Assembly: GCF_001949145.1 (NCBI RefSeq)
Contig: NW_019091355.1
Location: 1,945,107 to 2,009,106, forward strand
Direction: 5' to 3'
Length of the DNA stretch: 64,000 nucleotides
Source: Acanthaster planci
Taxonomy: Eukaryota
Part shown: positions 24,627 through 37,127 of the stretch, one piece after another
Numbering within the stretch: position 1 is the first letter of the stretch
Layout of the letters: every line of letters starts with the position of its first letter
Translations under genes and position numbers: made by a program
Notes under the pieces: model-generated
What the model saw: the letters and a program-made list of their open reading frames with translations, nothing else
What the model was told of the DNA's origin: nothing
The model's database searches: none

Positions 24627-27600
24627 TCAAGATCCAAACATGAGCTTCTCAGCTTCGATTTCTTTGTGGCGTTGTAGAATGGCTGCATTCTTTTCCTTGA
24701 TCTTTTGGATCTTGGCATTCAGTGCCTCCTCCTTAAGTCTCTTGGCCTCGGCCTCCCTGGTTTCCTCAATCACCATCCGTTCTTCCTTCTCCATCCTCAT
24801 CTCCACCTCCCGAGTCTGCTCCTCAATGCATTCCCGCTTCCACAACTCGCTGCTCCGGCTCATCTTGGGCTGGCGAATGTCGTCGTAGCTGAAGGATGGA
24901 GAGGGCCCCCTCTTCATATCTGAGTCCTTGACAATGGTCCTCCTTGGAAGGTCTTGGTCTGACTGGAGTACCTTTCTCCTTGAAGAGTCCAAGTCAGTAT
25001 GGAGGATCTTTCTTCGGGCTGGGTCATCATCACGGATGATTTTTCTATGTGAAGAGTCCACGTCTGATTGATAAACTCTCCGCTGGGAGTGTTTGGATTC
25101 ATCATGAACTATCTTCCGCTGAGATGCCTCTGACTCTACTACTTCAGTTAATTTAGACTCCTCGTGGACAATTTTTCTTTTGGATGTGTCATAATCTGCA
25201 GATATGACATTTCTGTTTGATTTGTCTGACTTGGAGTAGACAATTTGCCTTATGGGGTGAGGAGATTCAGTTCGGACAATGTTCCTCCCAGACTTTTGGG
25301 AATCGCTGATGACCTTCCTGTCATTTTGGTGGGGTGATCCTGAATGGACAGCTTCCTGAGAAAACTCGTTATCTGAAGCCATCCCATCAGCCTCCTTTCT
25401 TGACGAGCAGGCTTCTTCCAGCACCTTCTCCTCTTTGTTCTCCTGTATGTCCCCCCGTTTCATGCTTACCTGGACTTCCACAGTCTTAGCTCTCTGAGTT
25501 GAGTCTCGCCTAAGTTTGATCTTGGTGTTTCTTTTCACCTCTGCTGCTATTTCCTGCTTCTTCATGCCATCTTTGGGATGACTTTTTCCCTGAAGATGTT
25601 GCTCCTCCTTTGGAAATTTAACTTGTAAGGGATTCTCGTTGCCTTCTTCAACAGTATTTGTCTCTGAATTAGCAAGTTCAACCCTTTCGAGATGCTCATT
25701 GTTACTGTTCTCGTTTTTTGATATGTCTTTTGGTTTCCTCTGTGACACCTCAGTCTTGAAATTTTTCTGTTGCTTTTCCAATTTAGCATAATACTTGCTT
25801 TTATCATCAAAATTCTTAGTTTCTCCTTGTTTCTTCTGCTTCTGAATCTCTGCTTCCTGTTTCTGTGTTTGACGCTTGCTCTCTGCATCCTGTTTTGCTC
25901 GAGTCTTCAGCTCGATCACAGATTGCCTAGGCTTGGAGGCAACTTGAACAGGTATCTGACTCTCCAGTGGATCATCGTCATCATAGGCAGATGTTGCTGG
26001 GATGGGATCCTTTGGAGCCTTTTTGGGGTTGGAGACCATCTTCCCCAGACGGTCTTTGACAGACCGTCTAGGTTTGCTGCTACCAGCTCCTTTTATCCCG
26101 AGCCTTTCATGGATTGGTTTTCTTTTGGCAGGGGGGCCTGTGGAATAGATGGACGATTGCTTTCAAACTTTCAACCAAATCAATGATCCTGCAGATGAAT
26201 TTTGGAGTTTTAATGGAAGAATCAGCAGAATGAGCAAACCAATTCATGCACAGCCTTTTAAATTAAAACATCGGTTGTCTAATGTGAAGGGTTTCTTTAG
26301 AAATAATGTCCAAGAATTAACTTTCACTTGATGCTGTCTAATCCATCAAACATGGACAGGAAGTTTTAGTGCCTGGCCGGTAGGTGACTTTCAGCACTGC
26401 ACAGCTGCCAACTCAGTTTGGTATTCAGACAGGAAAAAAATTATCCTTTGCTTATAGCGCCCTGTTAGTAGCACTGGTAAACCAAACACAAAGTATCAGG
26501 CCTATAAAGTGCTAGATGATACGTAAATACTTAAAGTACTTGATGACTAACTCTATTATTCAGGCATGCAACTTAGACTTTGACAAAAATGAGGAAATTG
26601 CAATCTTCACAAGACATTTTATTTTCATTTGCATGAGTGTAAAGTGAAAAAGAGGGAAACCAGCTCACCCGAGGGAAAGTTGCATGCCTGATTATTTGGA
26701 GACCGTACCCAACAGCCCCATTGTCACAAATGGATGACAACACCATTCAACAAAGGCTGTAGACCTAAACCTACCTTCATTAAATGTGATGCGTATTTCA
26801 GGACTATTCGATCTCACGGCGGAGCCCTTGCCCTCCATTTTGAAATCCTCCCCTAGCCCATCTTTGGTTCTTGAATCTCCGGATTTCCTCTTCCTTCTTT
26901 CCTTCTGAACATGTTCAGATTGTCCTTTACTGTCTCCGTCCCTTTTCTGCCCAGCCACATCTGCACTTTTAGCTGGGTCTGTTATGGCAGCTCGCACACC
27001 TAAACGAGATTTTAAGTCTCTCCGTTTGTCCACTTTAACAATGCTACGTGGACCAGCTGGGACATTCTCGTCTTCTGACCCAGACTCACTTTCAAAGTTC
27101 TTCTCCAGATCCTTCAGTCTCTCAGGGGACGTAAACTTTTCCCTGGCTGTAGGAGACCTGTCATGTCTTCTGGTGTTACTTGTACTATTGGGCTCAGGTC
27201 TGGATATGATTTTGAGGTCAGGTCTGAGGCTGGGATCAAGATTTGGATTTCTGACCTTTATGTCGAGGAGCGAGGGAATTTTTTTAGCACTGGGTTCATC
27301 AACTGTCTTTGACTTGACAACTGACATGGGTCCATTTCGTGATTTGGTGGAATCCCTGTGCCTGTCAGTGTCACGTTTGTGGGCCTCATCTCTGTCCCTT
27401 CGTTCATCCCTAGTCCTGCCAGGGTCAATTCGCCGTCCATCCCTGTATCTATCGTCTCTCCTCCGATGCTCCTCTCTTCCACGCTCACCTCGTCTATCAC
27501 CTCGACTGAAATCATCCCTGTATGAGCGAGGGATAGCCCTGTGACGCACGTCAACCTCACCCTGAGGCTTTTCACCCTTTGCATGCTTGAAGCGGGAGGT

Positions 27601-30600
27601 TTCCTTGTCAGATTCACTCTCCATATCACTTAATGATATGTCGGAGTTAGAGCTTGAATTACTGTCAGAGTTGGATGATGTGCGCTTGGCTTTAGGACTG
27701 CCAAGTTTCTTATCTGATTTTTCATCGGACCTCTTTGAAATGTCTGAATTACGTCTGTGGTCAATCCTTCCTGTCCTGCTTTCCCCACTCCTGTGGCTTC
27801 GGCTTGAAAACTCTCGAATATCTCTCTTTCTGTCAGACCCACTGCTCTCATAGGATGCAAGTTTAAGTAAGCGAGACTGTAGTGATTCATTTACAGAAGG
27901 CACTTTACTCTCACTGATTCCAAATCCCCGAGATCCATCTGGACGTGTACGCAAAACCCGCTCATCCCGTCTTATTCTAGGGGATCTGGATCTTGTTCTT
28001 AATCTGTCCAAGTCTCTCCTTGACCTGCCAGGGGCACTACTTCTGTAACTGTGAAGGTCCTCCCCTGATTTTGGGGATGTTCTGTGTCTGGAATGCCAGC
28101 TGTCTCTTCCCCTTCGAGGGGATGCTCTTAGTCTCTCTCGATCCCTGTCTCTCCCTGACCTCTCTGGGTGTTGTTGCTCTCTGTGGTCTCTCCGTTGATC
28201 ATCTCCTTCTTTCTCATGTCTCCTATGCCTGCTGATGCTGCCTCTCCTTCCCAAGTCTCCTTGGCTGGCTTTTTTACGATCATGTCCTTTGCCAGCCTCG
28301 TCTGAATCTGAGTCAGAACTGTCAGAAGAAGATGAAGTGCTGGATGAACTTGAGGAGGAGGGCGAAGATGAAGATGACGATGAAGATGAAGAGCTTGATC
28401 GACTCTCACTGCTTGATCTTGATGAGTGATCATTCTCCTCACTGCTACTGGTGTTGCTATCACTTGAAGATGAATTCTTAGAGCTGTCACTGCTTAGTCC
28501 CTCTTGGTCACTTTCTGAACCCTCATCTGAATCCTCTTCACTGCTGTCATCATCGGTGTCGCTGTTGGTCTCAGAATCAGAGGAGGCAAAGCGAGCAAAC
28601 TTGTTGTTCCGGGGAAGTCTGGGTCTATCACTTGGGTTGAGGTGGGTAGGTACTGGCTTTTCAGGCACTGGCTGAATGGCAATGAGGTTACCTTTAAGTT
28701 GAAAGGTAGGCTGTGGTGCCTGTGGTGTAGGGATATCCTGGAAAGAGGATGGGATATGATAATACAGCCGTTTCACGATAGCGCGCCACCAAGAGTTTGC
28801 AACTCGTTGGCCAATCACAGTGCGCGGAATTTGTCGACCCAATGTGCATTTGGAAAGGGTCGACAAATTTCGCGCATTATAATGGCCAACGTGTTGCAAA
28901 CTCTTGGTGGCACGCCATTGTGAATTGCCCATATTAAAACTATTAAAAAATGTCTTGGTGCAAACTGTTGCTTCAGGAACGCATACATGCCAACACTGAG
29001 AAGTCAGGATTTGGAACACCCGTTTTACCATCCTTTAGTAAAACAGGCAGCCGTGTGAGAGAAACTATATGTACAAACATGTATGTATGTGCAACAGTTG
29101 CCATATTTACGTAGCAAATAGCACCCTCTTTTTACCAGGCTTTTTAACTTTTACCTCTTTTTTTTGGTGCAACGTTGCAATTTTTTGTGGTATGAAAACT
29201 CAAAACTTAGAACAGCTCCAATTAAATCGGAACAGCTGGCAGGTATGGGAATGCTGAACAAATGCTTCTTGAACTCATATTTCTTGCCTTCATTGACTTT
29301 TTCCAGTGTACTGCTAACACCAGGGCATTTTTCAGATTTATTTCGCCCTTGGTTGATATAAAGGCTGGTTAAGGAGCTTAATGTGTGGCAGCATTAAAAT
29401 TGTGTTATATACAATTGTTTCTCCCCAAATTTATGTTCTTCAATTTACAAGAATTATCTGACATCCTCACTGGGTTAAATGCATTAAAAGTGCACATTTT
29501 TAACTACTTGAAATAATCCATCCTCCCTGGACAACCGAGAGCTCTGTTGCTGTGATGGCTGCTTGGACAGAAATGGTTGAGTGCACAGGTTTCTTTGCTC
29601 TAACTGTGAACCCGGGAAATTTACTCACTGAAAACATTTCTGAGAACTGGTTGCTTGCTTCTTGCTACATGTATGTACTTACACAAATTCACCAAAGAAA
29701 AGAAAATCAAGTCCCATAAATCAACAATGAAACTGAAAAAAAGGAAGTTTCTTTGCACAAACTGATTTCTGAGGTTTTCCTCATGAATATGGAAAATGCA
29801 TCAGCATAAAATCCAACAACGCCAACAAAATACCCTTTTACATAATGAAACAAAACTTCAAATTGAGGTTAAGTGAGACACAAAGGCGCGTTTTGAAATC
29901 GGTATGAAAACCTTACACTGCAATGACCCCTTGACCTTACATTAATTCAGTGGCCCATTCGAGGTCCCCCCTCCTCAAGACATGTCACTGACCCACCTCT
30001 AGCCTGATTTCTTTGGTGGATTTAAGAGCAGCTCTCCTCAGGGCATCCTCGTCTTGCTCTTCCTCCTCTTGCTTCTCCTCTGACACCTCGTTCTCGCCAT
30101 CTGGGCTTGGAGAACCAGCTTCATTGCTAGGTGATGCTTGCTGTGATTTCTACAAGACAACAAAATGTTCTCAACAGTAATACAAATTCTCAAACTGTAG
30201 CTTTCACATGTTTTTCAGCCACATGATTACTATTGATACTAAACTTTCAAATGCAGATGTTACCACACTTCTTATTTACACTATTTTAATTGTCTTCTGG
30301 AGGGAACAAAACCTTACTGGCTTGAAAGAGGCTAGAACAGCAACTCGCAGGGTTTCCAGATCTTGATCCTGGTCAAGAAGAAAAACAAAAGCCAAACTTG
30401 AAGCATTACCATGCCAACAACGCAAGGGACAAAATACAATTTCATTTTGAATCTTACACATTAAATCCCCCGCCAAAAAACTTCCTAGAAATCCAAAGAA
30501 AAGTTGTATGAATGTGGTGGATTGAGGTGCAGTACTCGGGTGGCAGTAAATATCTGCATTCTACCAAGTTTCCACATTTACACCATGATGAAGCTGGCAC

Positions 30601-32830
30601 TCTTACACCATGATATATGAATGTTGTGATATAAGGTGCAGTGCTTGGAACTTGGGTGGCAGTAAAAGTCTGCCTTCTACCAAGTTTCCACTTTTACACT
30701 ATGAAGCATAGCTAGCATTTTATTCTAATATTACATGAAAAGGAAAAACAGAAAAAGGGGAATGCAAAGGAACGTTTTCACAAAAGATCAAAGGGGACGA
30801 AAATCACTAAGTTGCTTGGGAAAAACCTTCAAATTGACCCCTCTGACCTTTTTTAAGCTAATGAGTGCTCCCTCTGGAAATCCCCCCCCCATAAAATTGG
30901 TTCACCCCCCACCCGAAACAATTCCTGGCAATGCCCACGACTGTAAGGCTCTATCGCACCCTTTAAGTCCTACTGTAAGTTTCTGTCAAGGCATTTGTCA
31001 ATATTTATGAGGCGAATAATAACGGCCACTAACCATTAATATAAACTCTGCTAACCCTCAATTAAACGTTCACCTGTCAAGTTTGACAAATAATTATCCA
31101 GGAACAAAACATGGAGACAAGTTACTCCAAAAAAAATTCCTTAATAATAAAGGGTCACGCACAAATATTTTAGCCGTTTCCCATCTATGAATGAATGACA
31201 TCACCAACCGTGATGAAGTTACACAATTTCGTAGTTCATGATTTGACACTCCTAAATTACCTCTGCCCACATGTCACTGAAGAACTAAATATTAACAACC
31301 ATTTCCATGGGTGGGGGGGGGCATACACCAAAGTTACTGCTGGGAAAACAAGTGTCTATGCTGCTCCTGTGAACATTCAATTCATTGGCATAAAAATATT
31401 GTAGCTGCTACAGCTATCATTCAAATACACTGACAACACATGCTAACCAACATGACCAAGGCTATCATGCACAAACTAGACATGATGATGTTTGGCACAA
31501 TCAGTCCATCTGCACAATCACTTGATCACTACAGTAGTTTGCGCATGAAACTGTTACATGTTGATTAACGTATTACATGTTATATATAGTACACTGTGAT
31601 AAATAGATGTTTGGATTGGGTGCGATCGGTGCGCCGTTGCTCCCTCTTTGTGTGACGGCAGATCTTATTGCATCATGCATGATCTGCTCACAATTCTGCA
31701 ATCAGCCAAGTTGGCTACCTTTCATTCTAATTCCTGACGGTTGCGGAAGATCGTTTTGCGATCACCATGCACAAAGTCTCCTACTGCACAAAAAGTTTTA
31801 TCAATATTTCAATTTATTGTAAATGCCCAGGCAGACTCATAATTTCCAACGGCATAGGGCTTACAACATGCATGATAAACCATGTCATGCACGTACGTAG
31901 GCTAAGCCACTGAGCCAAACATGCCAAAACTGTAAGCACGCTAAACACGTTGAATTTAGGCAGAATCATGTGCTCGTCACAGAGGGCCTGCGTGGAACGC
32001 CCTCGCAGAGGACAGGACAATGAATGCACACAAGTTTTACTTCAGCCTATCCTGGAGGAAGAAAGAAATGCCCTCCAAGCAACATGTCTAACATGACGTC
32101 ATTTGCATGGGGTCCAGGCCTATGCTTGTTGTTCCTCCCGACATACCCGACAATGACCCGGGTATCCCCAGAACTGTGGGGTTCGACGTCCGCCCCACTC
32201 CACAGTCATGACAGTTCTGGGGATATGGCATTCATTACCTTCAGCACCCTGCTCCTATACCAAGGAAACAAAGTCCCTTTTCTCAAACTAGGCTTAGCTA
32301 ACACTTTGACCTTACGGAACCATTACTCAATCCTGATATGCCTAGTTTAAGTAGATTTTGACTATTTATAAGCAAGAAAACGTCAAATTTCTAACCCTAG
32401 TTTGGCAAAAGACAATAACTCAGTTGAATCACGCCATTTTCTTTTTTGTCTGGTCACCCAACCAGGCATTTTGGATTCATCCAAAGAAATAAGTCAGTGG
32501 TTAGCCTTCCCCTGGTTTGAGCTAGCCTTCCCCATACTAACGTAAATTACCTTGTTATGTTGTTAGGGACTTAGTTTATATTAAACGTTACTGAATGGCA
32601 AGTGTAACTTCTTTCTCGGTCAAAACGTCGATAGTCTATATCTCTGACTTTCGATTCACCAAAATTCCAAAAAGACCAAAGAAAGCTTTGATTTATCACC
32701 ACAAATTCAAACACATTTGATGTAATCATAAACACCAACACTTTTCTAAATTAACAGAAAATGAGCTCCTCCCTTTTCCCGTGAAAATGTTCAATTTTTC
32801 GGTATTTCTCACCTCTTCTTCCGACGCCAT
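24627..32830 (-). CDS. Large Ser/Arg/Asp/Glu-rich low-complexity protein (~1214 aa, SRRM-like composition), probably nuclear and RNA-processing related
   Basis: Exons 32830-32813 (MASEEE), 30149-29997, 28737-26775, 26137-24627; GT-AG junctions, phases 0/0/1 consistent. Poly-Ser, RS/RD dipeptides, xxxRLG motifs, C-terminal helix KIKEKNAAILQRHKEIEAEK. No orthologue recognised with confidence. Confidence 0.85.
28765..28930. mobile_element. Palindromic MITE family A
   Basis: Same foldback as 13173-13340; intronic, ~25 nt upstream of the acceptor at 28738. Confidence 0.85.
30510..30720. repeat. Tandem duplication, ~110-bp unit, two copies
   Basis: GGGTGGCAGTAAA..TCTGC.TTCTACCAAGTTTCCAC.TTTACAC.ATGA occurs twice. 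Confidence 0.75.
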
Positions 32831-33917
32831 GTTTCTCTGTACACAACACATGCGCAATGAACGCAGTGCTTCTCCCCGAGCTGTTCTATTTCCAGGGGAC
32901 AAATTTCACGCTGGGTAAAAATTTTGGCTCCCAAACGTGTACTTCATGCCAAATGGGTGTGGCACCTGCCCCTTCCGAAAACTTTCTATTTGGTCGCCGT
33001 TGTTGAACACGTTTAATAACAAGATTCACACCAGGCTTAAGTACTTTTGAACTTGGTATTTATACAAAGAATTTCAACAAGTTAAATTGCAGAGAGAGCA
33101 CACAGGCTCACTGCTTCACAAATCAAGACCAATGACAACCCAGAATATCGTTGTCACAGAAAATATCCTGAAAATTAATTTAGTAAAGTTTGTAAAAATT
33201 TTCAACGATTCACACATGATCTGAACAGACCAAAAACGTGTTACTTCGGCTTATCTTTAAAAAATTATATACGTATATGCAATTGAAATGCAGACTGAAC
33301 TCGTATTTCAAAACTTCTGTTACAATTTATCAGAAAAGACTTGACGGCGTGGAAAATGTCAAATAATTAACACAATTAAAGGGATATCATTATCTTCTCA
33401 AAAAATAATTGCTTTTTGAAGGACATAATATGTTTCTTTAGAAGTCAAACTAAATATTAATGTTCCCCTCTGATGACAAAGGATTGAGTTTGAAATGTAA
33501 AGTTACAATACTACTGGAAATTAACAATGAGATTTTTGTGGAGATAAGGTTTGAATAGGAAAGAAGTGTTCCTCCTATTATTAGTGAGACAGACATTCAC
33601 TTAACAATTATCGTACTTCAACTTGGCCTTTTAAAATGGTCGACTCTGTCACAACTGCCTTGAAAGGAAGTTATTTCAATGTCCCCTGGCATCACCTGCC
33701 CTCCAGACTGCTCCCAAGGATGCAATGGAGGGACTGCCTCATACCTCCTTTGAAATAACGGGTATCTCACATACTGCATGATACAGCTATTCACGAACTA
33801 GTATCCACAAATCTCGTTCACAGATATTGCTGTAATTATTGTTCCTTCAACAATGAGAAAGTCCCCCCCACCCTCGAACCGAACTGATCCAACCCAGATA
33901 AGCTGCCCACAGCTGGG

Positions 33918-35790
33918 TCAAAGTTCGTCCTTCTTTGCCGAGCAACTCCCTTCTGTCTGGCTGTTCTGCGCTGCCAACAGATAACTCATGTGATCATCTC
34001 TCAGGCCCAATGCTTCTTTCTCCTGCTCTAAGTGTTCCACATCTCCGTTTCCGGTGATGTAGCCCAGTAGTTTGGTGGCTCTCCATGAGATGAGAAAGTC
34101 GCGATTCGTTAGGCCGAGACTCTTGACAAAGTTTGTATGCTGACGGAGAAAATACTTCTGGTGGTAGCTGATAAAGGGAAATAATTGATTCAGTATTTAA
34201 GGAAAATTGAGTAGTGTACAGTTGGAGTGTACTAAATTATTTTTCAGAGTTTGTGCAACTGCAAGGCATTTATGAATAAAGACAAGTCTATAAACATGAG
34301 CCTGCTTTCCCAGTTATTTAAAGTTCAAACCTACAAATCGTTAGTGAGCAGGTCTCAAAGCTCTTAAAACTTTATGATTTTACGAAACATACTCTTCAGC
34401 ATCATAGAAAACACTGGCTGGTGAGATTCTCGTCAACGTCTTTTTTCCAAGATCCTTCTCCTGATCTGCCTTGGATTCCTCAGCCAACTTCTTCTGGTTG
34501 TCGTCATGGTAGAAAATGGCCGACATGTACTGCACTGTGTTGATCTCCGTCGGATCGTGGTTGACCCAAAACGTCTTCAGCAGTCTGCCATAGGATATCC
34601 TCTCAGGGTCGAACTCAATCTCCACTGTTTCAGTGTGGTCCCCCCTAAAAGTCAGTGGCACAAGAATGAGATGTTTCCAAAATGAAATTGATTACACCCT
34701 GACACTAGTTTCCCTTGTCAAATACATCTGATTTGAGAAACTGGGCTATACTTAAGTTATCATAGCCAGAAAGCAGTTAATCTAGTAAGCATCAATGACT
34801 ATGTGGGCACAGCATATCGCCAACTCAATTCCCAAGTTTTCTGGAGGAGGGCATCCTGCCAACACTGAACTGAATTGTGGAGGTGTGTGTTCCCTTTTTG
34901 GTAGGCCTGTACCCTGCTTTACCATCAATCAGTTTTAGAGAAAAAGAAAAAAAAAATGGAGTTTAAATATACGGCATACACTGGAGCGAGTCATACTTTT
35001 TGATTGCCTTTATTTGCTCTTCTCTACCAAGTTAACTGCACACTCTACACCTGGGAGATAGTGTTTTCTTTGACATACAAACTTCTGTAGGTGGGGTTTT
35101 CCTTGGTGCCACCAGTGTAACCAGCTTTCACCCTGATGACCCCTGGCAGGGCTCCAAACACAGACTCAACACCCCAGAAACACCCCATGCTGAATGTGGC
35201 CTTCTGGATAGGCACATCTGGCTCCTGGTAGGTTGCATCTGATGGCTTGAACTGTTAGGAAAATAGTGGAATGCATAAGCTGGCAGTTGCTTGGGCAATT
35301 AATGCAACCAAATCCAACAGCATGGCTATGTGACATTTTGTTGGATGCAACAATAAACCTTCTGACTTGCAGGGTCAAAGTTGTGTTGCTGATAGTGTGA
35401 AAGGAAATCCATTACTGCAGTTTGTTACATTGAATTAAATATAGAGAAGAGGCAATTTGGCGGATTCAACACTAGACAGCATTCTCAGGTGTTCAAGTTG
35501 GGTAACGTACATCAAGTATTTGGATAATATGGCCTAGTTACATATGACAGAGGTTGTACCTTTCAAGCATTGTTCTTTGTCAACTCAGCTGGCCTGCACC
35601 AATTTATTTGAAGTTCACATGCACTGTGCATTGGGTTTGACAACTCAGACTCACAGTCTGATTATCTACTCACTTCCTGCGCCATCAGGTTCTTCGTCTC
35701 ACTGGCACATTCTGGAGTGACTTCATCATCTGAGGTGACACTCGCAGTGACACACACCCAGACCACAATCATCAACAGGTAAGGCTTCAT
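33918..35790 (-). CDS. MSRA: Peptide methionine sulfoxide reductase A with signal peptide and C-terminal KDEL (263 aa)
   Basis: Exons 35790-35674, 35251-35079, 34644-34393, 34167-33918 join in frame. Motifs GCFWGVE, GYTGG..ENPTY, GDHTE, HDPT, QYMSAIF, FYDAEDYHQKY. N-term [21 protein letters not shown]-term [10 protein letters not shown]. Confidence 0.95.
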
Positions 35791-36824
35791 GACCTTTTGG
35801 ACAAACGGTCCTGGATAGTAGGCTGCGACAAAATTGTTGGAGTTGCAAATTCATGATGATATGACCTAAGGTTCAAATCAATTAACTTTTCCGTAGTTCC
35901 ACACCATTCAGTACAAATGTCAAGTGAACATGCTGAATCACATGGGCCCCTATGCTATACACAATTGGGCTATATGTGCAACTCAAGGTTATAAAAATTA
36001 GGGAAGTTCAAATACATGAACAAGTTCATGGAATTAATAATTACAATGCCGCAAAAGTGATCACACGAGGCACTACGTCTCTACCCCTATGGAATATGAA
36101 ATATAACCATTGTCTTTCACTTACATGCACCTAAGACTACCTGAGCTGGGTGAAGACAGACACTCACGTCCTATACCATGTAAATTTAATATAAAACAAA
36201 AACTGTTATTTCATGGTCTAAAGTACAGTCAGTAGGCCTACAGTAGCCTACGCCACGTGAACTGGTAAACGACTAGTTATTTCGGCGCCACGCACATGCT
36301 GCACGCGCCGCGGATGGATAACCACGGACCTTAAAGGTGCAGTTTGGTTCATAGATAATAAAGTCCCTTTTGAGTGTAAGTGCAAAAAAAACCAAAAAAA
36401 CAAAAAAAACAAAAACACCAAACGATACACACAAAAACAAAAAAAACAAAGAAACAAAAACGCTGCTACAAATTTCTACACGTGGACAATATTTTAAAAT
36501 ATGTATACAGCATTGTACAGGGCATATTTCTGCATCATGCAAACTGATAGTCTGCCCCAGAAACAAAACCTTGCCAAAATAATTACTACTGGCTAAGGGA
36601 TGGTCATCACCTGAAACCCGCTAGGCCTAATTGTGTCAACACTAAACAGGACTAGTGATCCTTAAAAAAGCAGGGAGTAAACTCTTTCCCTTTGGCAAAC
36701 CCCCCTCAAGCCGTATGTCTAAGCTGTGTCGAATCCCTGCAGAATTAAGACAGATATGGAAAGTAACCCTTTCCACGAAAGGAAACCAGCTCAGCTCTAA
36801 ACTGACAAAACCTTCGAATGTTTT

Positions 36825-37127
36825 CACTGGCGTATCAGCCGGGGACAGGTCTATTCCCCCCCCCCGGTATTTTTTGGGGATTTTTTTTATTTACAAAGAC
36901 TGGGCGAGTAGGAAAGAAAGTATTTGGTACATTTATTTATCAAATTTTAACACCAACTCCTGGGAAAACAACACCGGCAAACACATACACGTAAAAAGCA
37001 AGGATGTCGGGACCGTGAGAAAGACTTGAATTTTTTTCTCCACTACGTCATTTTGAGTGAGCCTAAGACGCAAGTGCTAATTTGGGATTTCGCCCCTCAC
37101 GCGACACCAAAGCTGGGTACGCCGCTT
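36825..37127. mobile_element. hAT-like MITE
   Basis: TIR CACTGGCGTATCAGC / GCTGGGTACGCCGCTT; 8-bp TSD AATGTTTT / AATGTCTT (7 of 8 match). Confidence 0.65.

Noticed and set aside
26984..28675. Plus-strand Leu/Ser- and Asp/Glu-rich ORFs
   Set aside because: Antisense shadows of the low-complexity coding exon.
28738..29031. N-terminal ~98 aa of the 779-aa ORF
   Set aside because: It runs through an intronic MITE; a good acceptor at 28738 joins in phase to upstream exons.
33468..33500. Hammerhead-like CTGATGA...GAAA
   Set aside because: Stem II does not close in the correct register and stems I/III are not evident; other CTGATGA hits I checked also failed.
35160..35200. Selenocysteine at the MsrA active site (GUFW)
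   Set aside because: The codon is TGT (Cys) at 35182-35180, not TGA.
36383..36460. Lys-rich and Phe-rich short ORFs
   Set aside because: Translation of an A-rich simple repeat upstream of MsrA.
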